A stretch of DNA of 64,000 nucleotides from Blastocatellia bacterium (GCA_035249305.1 DATFGQ010000034.1:9168-73167), one strand, 5' to 3'; numbered from the stretch's first letter, positions 44,212 through 55,120 are shown. Translations and numbers: made by a program. The notes: generated by a model not told the origin, from the sequence alone.

Positions 44212-45441
44212 TCACTTCCTGCCTCCGGCCACCCACATCGCGGCCACGCGCACGCGCGGCGACGACCCGGCTTCGGTCCAGGCGAAGAAGACTTCATCGC
44301 CTGAGGAGACTACTTGCGGAAAACCGCTCGCCCGCGCGGCGCTCGTATCGGTCACCACTACGGCCTCGTCGCGCGAGCCGTCCGCACGAATGCGACGCGC
44401 GCGAACCTCCGCGCCCTTCTCCGTGCGCTCAAGCCATATGACGAGCGCCGCTTCGTCTCGCAACAACACGACTTCGACTCGGCCCAACGGCGAGCCGTCG
44501 TCGACTCGAATCGCGTTACCGAAAGTCGCCCCGGCGTCGTCTGAAAAAACCAGGTTCACGCGCGGAGCGTCATTGACACCCGTGAACCACGCGACGGCCA
44601 CACGCCGAGAGTTGGCCGCTATCGACGGGCCGTTGACCGGGCAGCCATCGATCTTCCAGTCGTCCGCGTGAAGAGTGCGCGGCTCTGTCCAGCGACCTTT
44701 GTGAAGCCGGACGATAGAGATGTCTCTGACCTCTTTATCCGATCGATCGCGATAGGCGGCGACAGGGCCTTCGCTCGTCATAGCCGCTGATGTCTGACAG
44801 CATTCGCATACGCGGCCGTCAAGCAGCGCCTCGCCCGAGATGCGCCCCCACGCGTCTACAGTCGCAAAGCGCAGCGTCATCTCTCCGCCGTGCGAATCGT
44901 GACCGTCGTGGCCGCCTTCTTTCATGTTCCTCCCGTCGAGCCAGACAGCCCCGACCCGGCCGCCGGCCATCCCGACGAGCGACACGAACCCGTGCTCCGT
45001 CTTCGTGCCGTCGCGGTGAGGGACCAGCGGCTTTGACCACGACCTGCCGCCGTCGGTCGAGCGCGAGATGTTAACGTCGTAGGCGTATGTGTCGGGCGCG
45101 CTTTTCACGAGCCAGTGCGCGACCATCGTCTGGTCCGCGAGCATGACGACCGACGGGAAATCGGCCCAGTTGACGAACCAGTTGTCGCCTTCGGCTATGG
45201 TCCGAGGCTCGCCCCATCGCGCGCGGCGGTACTCGGCGAAGCGGAGACGGTGGCGCTTCTCTCCGACCTTCTCCACCCAGCTAAGAAAGACCCGCCCGTG
45301 CGTGTTGCGGAACAGGTTCGGCTGTCCGCTGCCTTCGCGTGCCGGCGTGTCGATCAGGGCCGGCCGTGATTGGCCCGAGACGTTAGCCGTCACGATCGAC
45401 AGAAGAAGCATGAAAAGAATTGCCCTGAAGATTCTCGACAT
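44212..45441 (-). CDS. BNR/Asp-box beta-propeller protein (sialidase-like), secreted
   Basis: Track ORF to 45516. The start at 45441 (MSRIFRAILFMLLLSIVTANVSGQ) is preceded by AAGGGA. An Asp-box SRSTDGGRSWSKP is present. Confidence 0.65.
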   Translation of the reverse strand: MSRIFRAILFMLLLSIVTANVSGQSRPALIDTPAREGSGQPNLFRNTHGRVFLSWVEKVGEKRHRLRFAEYRRARWGEPRTIAEGDNWFVNWADFPSVVMLADQTMVAHWLVKSAPDTYAYDVNISRSTDGGRSWSKPLVPHRDGTKTEHGFVSLVGMAGGRVGAVWLDGRNMKEGGHDGHDSHGGEMTLRFATVDAWGRISGEALLDGRVCECCQTSAAMTSEGPVAAYRDRSDKEVRDISIVRLHKGRWTEPRTLHADDWKIDGCPVNGPSIAANSRRVAVAWFTGVNDAPRVNLVFSDDAGATFGNAIRVDDGSPLGRVEVVLLRDEAALVIWLERTEKGAEVRARRIRADGSRDEAVVVTDTSAARASGFPQVVSSGDEVFFAWTEAGSSPRVRVAAMWVAGGRK

Positions 45442-45460
45442 CGTCATCCCTTCGATTATC

Positions 45461-46303
45461 TTACCCCAGCTTGAAGACGCGGCGCGCGTTCTCGCGCAAA
45501 AAGTTGGCGCGAACATCTTCGGCCAGGTCCAGCGCGCGCACCTGCTCCATGCATTTTTCGAAAGGCAGTTGCGGGAAGTTCGTCCCGAAGATCACCTTCT
45601 GTTTGCCGTAGGTCTTCAGGTAGTGCAAGAGTTGCGGCGGGTAGTAGCGAGGCAGATACGCGGAAGTGTCTATGAAAACATTTTCATGCTTCCAGGCGAC
45701 TCCGATCATCTCGTCGGTCCAGGGGTGGCCTATGTGTCCCGCGACGATTCTAAGCTCGGGGAAAGTGAGCGCGACTTCGTCGAGGTAAGGGACGGGCCGC
45801 CCTGTCTCGGAAGGCATCAGCGGCCCCGTGTGGCCCACCTGCGTGCAGAAGGGTATGTCGAGCTCTATGCACTTGACGTAGAGCGGGAAATAGAACTTGT
45901 CGTTGGGCGGACGATTCCACAGCCACGGCACTACGCGCAACGCCTTAAAGCCCAACTCGCGGACGGCGCGGTCAAGCTCGCGCACGGCTTCGACGGGCTT
46001 CTCTAAATCGACCGCCGCGACGCCGGCAAAGCGGTCGGGGAAAAGCCTGACGAACTCCGCTATCTTGTCGTTGCTGACGATGACGCGCTCGCGTCTGTGC
46101 CATGCGGAAAGCATCACGGTCTGTATCCCTGCGCGGTCCATCGCATCGACCATCGCTTCGGCCGTCACGCCTTCGGCCAGAAGCTGGGAGGCGCCTGACC
46201 GCTCGAACAGAGGCAGGACCTCGGGCATGTGGTCGCGCATCTCTTTGATGGCGGGCTGCGCCCACGCGTCGATTGCGCCTTCGTTAAGATCGGTTGGCGT
46301 CAT
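45461..46303 (-). CDS. Amidohydrolase-2 family metal-dependent hydrolase
   Basis: 280 aa. The motifs VMLSAW, RIVAGHIGHPWTDE and VIFGTNFPQ are typical of the ACMSD-like amidohydrolase_2 fold. Confidence 0.7.
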   Translation of the reverse strand: MTPTDLNEGAIDAWAQPAIKEMRDHMPEVLPLFERSGASQLLAEGVTAEAMVDAMDRAGIQTVMLSAWHRRERVIVSNDKIAEFVRLFPDRFAGVAAVDLEKPVEAVRELDRAVRELGFKALRVVPWLWNRPPNDKFYFPLYVKCIELDIPFCTQVGHTGPLMPSETGRPVPYLDEVALTFPELRIVAGHIGHPWTDEMIGVAWKHENVFIDTSAYLPRYYPPQLLHYLKTYGKQKVIFGTNFPQLPFEKCMEQVRALDLAEDVRANFLRENARRVFKLG

Positions 46304-46320
46304 GATTTACCTTATAATCA

Positions 46321-46387
46321 AGCCACAGAGGCACAGAGCCCTCAGAGGTTAATTAATAATTCTCTGTGTCTCAGTGTCTCTGTGGCT
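46321..46387. repeat. CACAGAG-type octamer/heptamer-built hairpin
   Basis: AGCCACAGAGGCACAGAGCCCTCAGAG - AT-rich loop - CTCTGTGTCTCAGTGTCTCTGTGGCT. The outer 10 bp are perfect and the inner part is imperfect. It lies between two co-directional minus-strand genes. Confidence 0.65.
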
Positions 46388-46406
46388 AATCATTATCCCT
46401 CTAAGC

Positions 46407-47711
<1,305 letters not shown>

Positions 47712-47745
47712 AATGGTCTCCGGTCTTGAGCGGGCGGCCCATATC

Positions 47746-47837
47746 AGTGCTGAGTGCTGAGTCCTGAGTGCTGAGTAAGGAACCAGAACTGTGCGCTTCT
47801 GTTTTTACTCAGGACTCAGCACTCAGCACTCAGGACT
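47746..47837. repeat. Family A heptamer hairpin (A5) in a divergent intergenic region
   Basis: Left arm AGTGCTG AGTGCTG AGTCCTG AGTGCTG AGT. The 30-nt loop holds a nested CAGAA/TTCTG hairpin plus TTTTT. Right arm ACT CAGGACT CAGCACT CAGCACT CAGGACT. Confidence 0.85.
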
Positions 47838-47887
47838 TCTTATATGACACATCGGGGCCGCATACTTCAAGAAGATGTGCGCGCGCG

Positions 47888-47916
47888 TTTACTTCGTTAT
47901 AGAAATGCTGTATGCT
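47888..47916 (+). promoter_or_regulatory. Possible sigma70 promoter TTTACT-17-TATGCT for the giant BNR/HYR gene
   Basis: Hexamers are at 47888-47893 and 47911-47916 with a 17-nt spacer. It lies about 180 nt upstream of the ATG at 48098. Confidence 0.3.
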
Positions 47917-48097
47917 CGTCGCTGCATTAACGCCCGAAATCAATCGATAAAATAACTCTAACCCCGGTAGGGATACTCCTCGAAGTCAAGTGCCTAGAGT
48001 TTCAGCCGGTCAGAGATCCAGTGGATAGCATTACCCTTCTCAGGACTGTTTAGCAGTGTCACCGTTGAAAAGATATTTAGAAGTAAGGGAGATCGTG

Positions 48098-51000
48098 ATG
48101 AAGAATAATCAGAGGTACGCGGTGTTTTTCGCGACGTTCACTATCTTGGCCTTTCTTGTACTGAGTTTTTCGTCCAGCGCGTCGACTCAAGTAAAGAAAA
48201 GCTCAACCGCTGCAAAAAAGAGAACCGGTGACCCGCGCCAGGCCGTCGAGCGCACGGTCAACCGCATGAAAAAGAGGAGCGCCGACCCGAAGGCGAAGTC
48301 TTCGATACTGATTGTCGAGGACCAAGAGGTCGGCGAGGACGAAGACCCGGACCTGCCCCCGTGGATGGCGGGCAAGATCGATAAAGAGGCGTACCTGCGG
48401 TTGCGGGGCGACTACATAGACATGCTCCGCGGCCGCCCCGTAAACGCACCCGGCGACCCGCGCGAGAAAGCGATCGAGCAGATGGAGAGGCAGGAGCTAC
48501 AGATCAGGGCGCGTGCGAAGAATGGGCTCGCCAGCCCTTTGATCACGAACTGGGTCTTCTTAGGCCCCGCGCCCATACCGCTCGGGCAGACCAGCACGAC
48601 GAGGGTGCCCGTCAGCGGCCGCACCATAGCGATCGCCGTTCACCCTACGGACCCAAACACCGTCTACGTCGGCACGGCTCAAGGCGGGCTCTATAAATCG
48701 ACGAACGGCGGAGCGAACTGGACAAAGCTGTTCGAGTTTCAGTTCGAGTCGCTCGCCATCGGCGCGATCACAATTGATCCGACCGACAGCGGCATCGTCT
48801 ACGTAGGCACGGGCGAGCCTAACCTTTCGGCCGACAGCTTCGCGGGCCGCGGCCTGTACATCATCAGGAACGCGAATTCGGCGAGCCCGTCTCTGAACGG
48901 GCCGTTCCGGCTCGACGGCGTCGGCAACGATATTTTCACGGGCCGCGCCATAGGGCGGATCGTCGTCAACCCGCTCGACAACAACGTCATATTCCTCTGC
49001 ACCGCGTCGGGCACGGGCGGCAACCCCAACACTACGCCGACGGCGCTCCCGCCGCGCGGCATCTACCGGTCGACCAACGCACAGTCGGCGACCCCGACCT
49101 TTGCGCAAGTCCAGGTGACGGGCATACCGACGCCGAACGACCGCAGCATGATCGACCTGGCGTCAGACCTCGCCAACCCTAACCTCATGATAGTGAGCGT
49201 TGTCGGCGCGACGGGCGACGGCGGCATATACCGCACGACGAACGCGCTCGACCCGACGCCGACCTTCACGCGAACGCTCACGCTGCCCGACGGGGCTACG
49301 AACGGCCGCGCTGAATTATGGCTCAACCGCAACGGCGCCAACGTGACCGTATTCGCCGCGACCGGAGAGATATCGACCGTGGCGGCGGGCGGCCCCAACT
49401 GCGCGGCGACGACCGCTGGCATGGTGCGAAGGTCTACAGACGGGGGCGTGACGTGGTCGACCCCGCTGACCGGCTCGACGGGCTTCTGCGGCGGCCAGTG
49501 TTTCTACGACATCGCCATCGCGGTGACGCCGGACAACGCGACCATACACCTGGGCGGGTCCGCGCGCGGCGCGACGGGCAACTGCGCGCCCGACGTTATG
49601 AAGCGCTCGACCAACGGCGGCACTTCCTTCGCGCGCAACGACAACACGCTGCACGCCGATTCGCACGCGCTGATGATCGCCCCGTCAGACCCGAACGTCG
49701 TTTACGCAGGCAACGACGGCGGCATCTGGCGTTCGACTAATAATGGGACGACCTGGACCACCCTCAACAACGCGGACTTCAGCGCGACGCAGTTTCAAGG
49801 CGTGGCGCAACACCCTTACGACAGGTTCTTCCTGATGGGAGGCACGCAGGACAACGGGACCAACTGCCTGGCGGCGGACGGCGTGACCTGGAGCCACTGC
49901 CGCGACGGCGACGGCGGCTACGCCATCATAGACACAAACGCACAGGACACGACCAACGTCCTGATGTATCACACCTTCTTCAACCAGACGAACTCGCAGA
50001 TAGGTTTTGAGCGCGCCCAGAACACGGCGGCCAACGCCGACGGCCAGCTTTCGGGGTGGACCTTCCGCGGCTGCTCGGGCACGGTGAGCAACAACGGCTT
50101 CCGCTGCGCCGACAACGTGCTCTTCTACGCGCCGATGGCTCAGGGGCCGGGCAACCCGAACACGATCTACTTCGGCACGGACCGGCTCTACCGCTCGACG
50201 AATCGCGGCGACACGATGACGCTGGTCAGCCAGGGGCCGCTCATCCCTTCGCCGCTCCCGACGAGCCTCTCCGGCATAGTGACGACGGCCATAGGCATCT
50301 CGCCCGAGGACGACAACGTGCGCATCGTCGGGATGAGAAACGGCCGCGTCTTTGCCACGACCACAGGCGCAACGACCATGACCGACGTGACGGGCGCGAA
50401 CTTCCCGCCGCCTAACCCCGCAGATGCTGCGAGGAACTCTATCGGCGCGGCGGTAATAGACCCGAATAACAAGTTCACTGCTTATGTGAGCTTCACGAGC
50501 TTCTCGCCGCCGCTCGGTCAGCAGATATTCAAGACCACGAACCTCAACGACCCTGTCCCGACCTGGACGGCCTCAAGCAACGGCATCCCGACCGTGCCGG
50601 TCAGCTCGCTTGCAATCGACCCGCAGGATTCGAACATCGTCTACGCGGGCACGGACATCGGCGTCTACCAGTCTACGGATGGCGGCGCGAACTGGGCTCC
50701 ATTTGGGAGCGGCCTGCCGCGCGTGGCCGTCTTCGAGGTTGAGATAAACAACGTCCAGCGCGTGCTTCGCGCGGCGACGCACGGGCGAGGCATCTGGGAG
50801 ATAGGCATACCGGGGCGTCTGCTGCCGGTGCTCAGAAACGGCGGCGCCGCCCTCACGGCCGAAGGCTGCTCGCCCGCAAACGGCGTGATCGATCCGGGCG
50901 AAGACGTTACGGTCGCCTTCAGTGTTTCAAACATAGGCCCCGGCCCGACGCTCAACCTCGTAGTGACGCTGCTGGCTACGGGCGGGGTGACCTTCCCGAC

Positions 51001-52342
51001 AGGCCCTGTGTCGTATGGCGCCGTTCAGCCGAACACGGTCGAGACGCGAAGCTTCAGCTTCTCGAATAACGGGTCGTGCGGCGACACGATCACTCTGACC
51101 TTCCGCTTGCAGGACGGCGATGATGACCTGGGGACATTCACAATCCCGTTCACACTGGGCGAGCTAGTCACTTCGCCGCCTGTCTTAACAGAGAACTTTG
51201 ACGGAGTGACGGCGCCTGCGTTGCCCGGCGGGTGGACGACGGCGCGTGCCGGCGCGGGCGCTAACCCGCCGCTGTGGGTGACCTCGACCACGTCGAACAA
51301 CACGCCGCCCAACTCCGCGTTCTCAAACGGGTCGACGACGCCGGGTGAAAACAGCCTGACCTCGCCGATCATCGCCGTGCCGAACGCTCCGGGGTTCGGG
51401 ACCAATCCGGGTGTGCGGTTGTCGTTCCAGAACAACTTCAACTTCGAAGCAGGCTTCGACGGCGGCGTTCTGGAGATCAGCATCAACGGAGGCGCATTCC
51501 AGGACATACTGGCGGCCGGCGGCAGCTTCATCGAAGGAGGCTACAGCGGCGCCATAGGCGTCACAGACAGCGTGCTGACAGGGCGTCAGGCATGGACGGG
51601 GAGCTCCGGCGGCTTTATCGTGACGACCGTCGTGCTGCCGGCGGCCTCCTACGGCCAGAACGCGCAGTTGAGGTGGCGCACGGCCTTCGACACGGGGACA
51701 AACCCCGCGGGCGGCGGCCTGCGCATAGACACCGTCTCGGTCTTCGCCGCGACGCGAGTCTGTTGCGGAGGCGCGTGCGTGCTCTCTTGCCCTGCGAACA
51801 TCACAGTGGCGAATGACCCGGGCCAGTGCGGCGCGATAGTCAACTTCCCCGCCGCGACGTTTACAGGGAACTGCGGCACGGTGACGGCCAGCCCCGCTTC
51901 GGGATCATTCTTCCCCGTAGGGACGACGACTGTGACCGTGACGGGCCAGCGGCTCGACGGCAGCTCAGACACCTGCACGTTCACCGTGACGGTCAACGAC
52001 ACCGAAGCGCCTGTCGTCAGCGCCGCGACTGTAGACAAGCCGACGCTGTGGCCGCCCAACCACCAGATGGTGCCCGTTACGGTCAACTACACGGCCACGG
52101 ACAACTGTTCGGTGACCTGTACTCTGAGCGTGACGAGCAACGAGCCGGTGAATGGGTTGGGTGACGGCGACCAGGCGCCTGACTGGACAATAATCGACGC
52201 GCATCACTTGCTCTTGCGCGCGGAACGTTCGGGCAAAGGCAGCGGCCGCATCTACACGATCACCGTCACCTGCAAGGACCCTGCCAACAACACGGTCGTA
52301 AGGACAGTGACCGTGCGAGTGCCGAAGAACCAGGGCAACTAG
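48098..52342 (+). CDS. Giant secreted multi-domain protein: BNR/Asp-box (sortilin/Ycf48-like) beta-propellers plus a C-terminal HYR domain
   Basis: The ATG at 48098 is preceded by AAGGGAG. A signal peptide is present. At least six Asp-box-like motifs are present (STNGGANWTKL, STDGGVTWSTP, STNGGTSFARN, STNNGTTWTTL, STNRGDTMTLV, STDGGANWAPF). An HYR-like block is also present (CPANITVANDPGQCGAIVNFPAATFTGNCG...TCTFTVTVNDTEAP). Confidence 0.75.
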   Translation: MKNNQRYAVFFATFTILAFLVLSFSSSASTQVKKSSTAAKKRTGDPRQAVERTVNRMKKRSADPKAKSSILIVEDQEVGEDEDPDLPPWMAGKIDKEAYLRLRGDYIDMLRGRPVNAPGDPREKAIEQMERQELQIRARAKNGLASPLITNWVFLGPAPIPLGQTSTTRVPVSGRTIAIAVHPTDPNTVYVGTAQGGLYKSTNGGANWTKLFEFQFESLAIGAITIDPTDSGIVYVGTGEPNLSADSFAGRGLYIIRNANSASPSLNGPFRLDGVGNDIFTGRAIGRIVVNPLDNNVIFLCTASGTGGNPNTTPTALPPRGIYRSTNAQSATPTFAQVQVTGIPTPNDRSMIDLASDLANPNLMIVSVVGATGDGGIYRTTNALDPTPTFTRTLTLPDGATNGRAELWLNRNGANVTVFAATGEISTVAAGGPNCAATTAGMVRRSTDGGVTWSTPLTGSTGFCGGQCFYDIAIAVTPDNATIHLGGSARGATGNCAPDVMKRSTNGGTSFARNDNTLHADSHALMIAPSDPNVVYAGNDGGIWRSTNNGTTWTTLNNADFSATQFQGVAQHPYDRFFLMGGTQDNGTNCLAADGVTWSHCRDGDGGYAIIDTNAQDTTNVLMYHTFFNQTNSQIGFERAQNTAANADGQLSGWTFRGCSGTVSNNGFRCADNVLFYAPMAQGPGNPNTIYFGTDRLYRSTNRGDTMTLVSQGPLIPSPLPTSLSGIVTTAIGISPEDDNVRIVGMRNGRVFATTTGATTMTDVTGANFPPPNPADAARNSIGAAVIDPNNKFTAYVSFTSFSPPLGQQIFKTTNLNDPVPTWTASSNGIPTVPVSSLAIDPQDSNIVYAGTDIGVYQSTDGGANWAPFGSGLPRVAVFEVEINNVQRVLRAATHGRGIWEIGIPGRLLPVLRNGGAALTAEGCSPANGVIDPGEDVTVAFSVSNIGPGPTLNLVVTLLATGGVTFPTGPVSYGAVQPNTVETRSFSFSNNGSCGDTITLTFRLQDGDDDLGTFTIPFTLGELVTSPPVLTENFDGVTAPALPGGWTTARAGAGANPPLWVTSTTSNNTPPNSAFSNGSTTPGENSLTSPIIAVPNAPGFGTNPGVRLSFQNNFNFEAGFDGGVLEISINGGAFQDILAAGGSFIEGGYSGAIGVTDSVLTGRQAWTGSSGGFIVTTVVLPAASYGQNAQLRWRTAFDTGTNPAGGGLRIDTVSVFAATRVCCGGACVLSCPANITVANDPGQCGAIVNFPAATFTGNCGTVTASPASGSFFPVGTTTVTVTGQRLDGSSDTCTFTVTVNDTEAPVVSAATVDKPTLWPPNHQMVPVTVNYTATDNCSVTCTLSVTSNEPVNGLGDGDQAPDWTIIDAHHLLLRAERSGKGSGRIYTITVTCKDPANNTVVRTVTVRVPKNQGN

Positions 52343-52365
52343 AGCAGACTGCGGTTTGCTTAAAC

Positions 52366-52398
52366 CTGTGGGGGCAACTATTGTGGTTGCCCCCACAG
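52366..52398 (+). terminator. 13-bp perfect hairpin after the giant gene (no T-tract)
   Basis: CTGTGGGGGCAAC - TATTGTG - GTTGCCCCCACAG. Confidence 0.45.
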
Positions 52399-52461
52399 CC
52401 AATCCCTGTCAAGCATACTTATGCGCAGCACCTGTATTCAAGAGGGCTAATTTAGAAATTG

Positions 52462-52470
52462 TGATAGTAT
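52462..52470 (+). promoter_or_regulatory. Extended -10 promoter element TGaTAGTAT; implies a near-leaderless mRNA
   Basis: TG is at 52462-52463 and TAGTAT at 52465-52470. The ATG at 52480 is only 9 nt downstream and has no Shine-Dalgarno. Confidence 0.35.
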
Positions 52471-52479
52471 TCGATTACT

Positions 52480-52782
52480 ATGATCGATGTTAAAGAGGCA
52501 GTGAAGATAGCTATTGGATACCTAAAGCAGTTGTATGAGCCTGCGCAGCTTCATGACATATTGCTTGAAGAGGTAGCATTGTCGGATGATGAGAAGTATT
52601 GGTATGTGACACTAGGGTTCTCTAGGCCGGTAGCTTCAACAAACCCTGTGCAGGCTCTAAAAGAAACTATTCTGAAGAGCCAGAACATAGTAGATCATAC
52701 GAAATATCAAAGAGAATATAAGGTTTTTCAGATTGATGCTGCAACAGGCCAAGTCCGCTCAATGAAGATCAGAGCTGCATGA
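52480..52782 (+). CDS. Small PepSY-like protein (putative partner of the PIN protein)
   Basis: 100 aa with no signal peptide. The pattern AVKIAIGYLKQ...LLEEVALSDDEKYWYVTLGF...REYKVFQIDAATGQVRSMKI resembles a PepSY/cystatin-like alpha+beta fold. GC is about 40% (hand count on one 60-nt line). Confidence 0.5.
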   Translation: MIDVKEAVKIAIGYLKQLYEPAQLHDILLEEVALSDDEKYWYVTLGFSRPVASTNPVQALKETILKSQNIVDHTKYQREYKVFQIDAATGQVRSMKIRAA

Positions 52783-53279
52783 ACGACGAAATCCAACGAT
52801 TGGTTGTTCGCTACGCTCGGAAGGGAATACTGATCGACACAAATATTCTCCTCCTGTATTTCATAGGCAGCTTCGATCAAAGCTTAATCTCCAGCTTCAA
52901 GCGAACAGTTCAATTCACAGTTGAAGACTACAACACCTTGTTGCTCCTATTACAGATGTTCGACAGGCTTGTTACGACACCAAACATTCTCACTGAAGTC
53001 AGTAGTCTTTCAAATCAGTTAGGCCAGCCAGCAAGAACCTCATACTTTTACACCTTTGCTAAACAACTTGCATTGATGGAAGAGCATTATGTTGCTAGTC
53101 GGGAGGTGGCGGCAGAAGACGAGTTTATTAAGATGGGCCTTACAGACGCAAGCATACTTAAGTTAACCAAGGATCATTATCTCGTCTTGACTGATGATTT
53201 TCGACTGTCACAATCTCTTCAGCATAAAGAGATAGATGTAATAAACTTCAACCATATCCGACCGCTGGGCTGGAGTTAG
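52779..53279 (+). CDS. PIN-domain nuclease-like protein
   Basis: 166 aa, with an ATGA overlap onto the upstream ORF. The four acidic positions are in the canonical order: ILIDTNILL (D), TTPNILTEV (E), GLTDASIL (D), LVLTDDFRL (D). Confidence 0.65.
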   Translation: MNDEIQRLVVRYARKGILIDTNILLLYFIGSFDQSLISSFKRTVQFTVEDYNTLLLLLQMFDRLVTTPNILTEVSSLSNQLGQPARTSYFYTFAKQLALMEEHYVASREVAAEDEFIKMGLTDASILKLTKDHYLVLTDDFRLSQSLQHKEIDVINFNHIRPLGWS

Positions 53280-53426
53280 TACGTGGCGATGCCGCACGCC
53301 CAACGAGAGCCTGCACAGGTCCGCGCGAAGTCAGTCTTGTATAAGCCAATAAATCCTGTAGGCCCGGTCGTCCCATTCGTTATCGCCTTGACCCGTCTGA
53401 CCGCGATTGATCATAGTTGAATAGCT

Positions 53427-53807
53427 ATGACTAAACTCGCCGGACTCTTTCTAATCTTCCTGCTCTTTTCCTCTGCTCAGGGCGACGGCAAGAAGTCCTC
53501 TACGGCCCGAATCAATTGTCTTCCCGAAGGCTTTCAGATGACTGACGCAGTCTCTTACGGGGTTAACACAGGCGGGAAAGAAAAACATATTACCGTCGAG
53601 CAGAAGCTCTCGGAGCTGAAGGCGCGGTGCCGTCGAGGGAAGCTCGTTGACGGCAAGGGGCGGGAGATAAAGTTCTTTAGGCCCGCCTGCTTCGGCAATC
53701 CGCCGGCCGACTACCAGGAGATAAGAGACAGAGAGAGCCAGGAGCTTGCCCGGTTGCAGAAGAGCTACAACGTCATAATCTTTGAGTGCGACCCCCGCAT
53801 ACAGTGA
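53427..53807 (+). CDS. Hypothetical secreted 4-Cys protein
   Basis: 126 aa. The signal peptide is MTKLAGLFLIFLLFSSAQG. Four Cys are present. No recognisable domain and no obvious RBS. Confidence 0.45.
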   Translation: MTKLAGLFLIFLLFSSAQGDGKKSSTARINCLPEGFQMTDAVSYGVNTGGKEKHITVEQKLSELKARCRRGKLVDGKGREIKFFRPACFGNPPADYQEIRDRESQELARLQKSYNVIIFECDPRIQ

Positions 53808-53857
53808 AGAGCCTCTCGGCGCGGCGTCGTTGACTCGGCTACCGCGATTTGATAAGA

Positions 53858-53930
53858 AGTCCTGAGTGCTGAGTCCTGAGTCCTGAGTAATTGTCTTTTA
53901 CTCAGCACTCAGCACTCAGGACTCAGCACT
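53858..53930. repeat. Family A heptamer hairpin (A6)
   Basis: Left arm AGTCCTG AGTGCTG AGTCCTG AGTCCTG AGT; right arm ACT CAGCACT CAGCACT CAGGACT CAGCACT. A separate AAGGAG RBS for the 53950 gene follows it. Confidence 0.85.
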
Positions 53931-53949
53931 TAGTAGTAAGGAGACAAAC

Positions 53950-55104
53950 ATGAAGAACTTGAGTGACCGCGTTGCGATCATCGGGATGGGCTGCACGAAA
54001 TTCGGCGAGCACTGGGAGAAGTCTTCCGAAGACTTGATCGTCGAAGCCGCTTACGAAGCTTTTGAAGACGCAGGCATAGAGCCCGCCCAGGTCGAAGCCG
54101 CGTGGGTCGGCACGCTGACTTCGGGCATCTCGGGCCAGGCGCTCTCGCGCCCGCTCAAGCTCCAGTACATTCCCGTCACGCGCGTCGAGAACATGTGCGC
54201 GACGGGCCAGGACGCCTTGCGCAACGCTGCGTTTGCGGTCGCCGCGGGGGCTTACGACGTGGTCCTCGTCGCCGGGTTCGAGAAGCTGAAAGACACGGGA
54301 TATTCCGGCTTGCCCGGCGCGGCATCGACCGTCATAGGCGCGGGCAACACCGCGCCCGGAGCTTTCGCGCTCGCCGCCAACCGCTACTTTCACCGCTACG
54401 GCATAGGCAAGGAAGAGCTGGCCAAGATCTCCGTGAAGAATCACTACAACGGCGCGCGCAACAAGAAGGCTCACTTTCAAAAGGAGATCACGTTAGAGCA
54501 GGCGATGAAAGCCCCTATGATCGCTTCGCCCTTAGGGCTTCTGGACTGCTGCCCGACTACGGACGGCGCGGCGGCCGCCATCATTACGCGCACGGAGCTC
54601 GCGCCGCGCTTCAACAAAGAGTTCGTTACGATAAAAGCGATGGGCCTCGCCGTAGGCCCCGGCACGGGCCGCATGGACCCTGACTTCGATTTCACGAGCT
54701 TTCCGGAGACTAAAGCGGCCGCCAAACAGGTCTACGACCAGCTTGGCATTCGCGACCCGCGCCGCGAAGTGAGCATGGCCGAAGTCCACGACTGCTTCTC
54801 GATAACCGAGCTGATCATCTATGAAGACCTGGGGTTTTCCGAACCCGGCAAGGCCAAGGCCGACATCGACGCGGGCGCGTTCACGCTCGCCGGCGATCTG
54901 CCGGTCAACACCGACGGCGGTTTGAAATCGTTCGGCCACCCGATCGGCGCGAGCGGGCTTCGGATGCTTTACGAGATCTACAACCAGTTGCTCGGGCGAG
55001 CGGGCGAGCGGCAGATCAAAGAGATGAAGCTGGGGCTGGCGCACAACCTTGGCGGCAACCCCGGCTCGTTCACCTGCTCGATAATTGCGCTCGGCAACGT
55101 GTAA
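53950..55104 (+). CDS. Thiolase-domain protein (SCP-x/archaeal-type acetyl-CoA C-acyltransferase)
   Basis: 384 aa. The nucleophile context is VENMCATGQDAL. The C-terminal region has NTDGGLKSFGHPIGASG. Confidence 0.85.
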   Translation: MKNLSDRVAIIGMGCTKFGEHWEKSSEDLIVEAAYEAFEDAGIEPAQVEAAWVGTLTSGISGQALSRPLKLQYIPVTRVENMCATGQDALRNAAFAVAAGAYDVVLVAGFEKLKDTGYSGLPGAASTVIGAGNTAPGAFALAANRYFHRYGIGKEELAKISVKNHYNGARNKKAHFQKEITLEQAMKAPMIASPLGLLDCCPTTDGAAAAIITRTELAPRFNKEFVTIKAMGLAVGPGTGRMDPDFDFTSFPETKAAAKQVYDQLGIRDPRREVSMAEVHDCFSITELIIYEDLGFSEPGKAKADIDAGAFTLAGDLPVNTDGGLKSFGHPIGASGLRMLYEIYNQLLGRAGERQIKEMKLGLAHNLGGNPGSFTCSIIALGNV

Positions 55105-55120
55105 TCAACGGAGGAGAGAG

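Noticed and set aside
47844-47927. 27-aa ORF (MTHRGRILQEDVRARLLRYRNAVCSSLH) starting just after hairpin A5.
   Set aside because: The only SD-like element is the hairpin AGGA. There are no features of a real protein. It overlaps the putative promoter of the giant gene.
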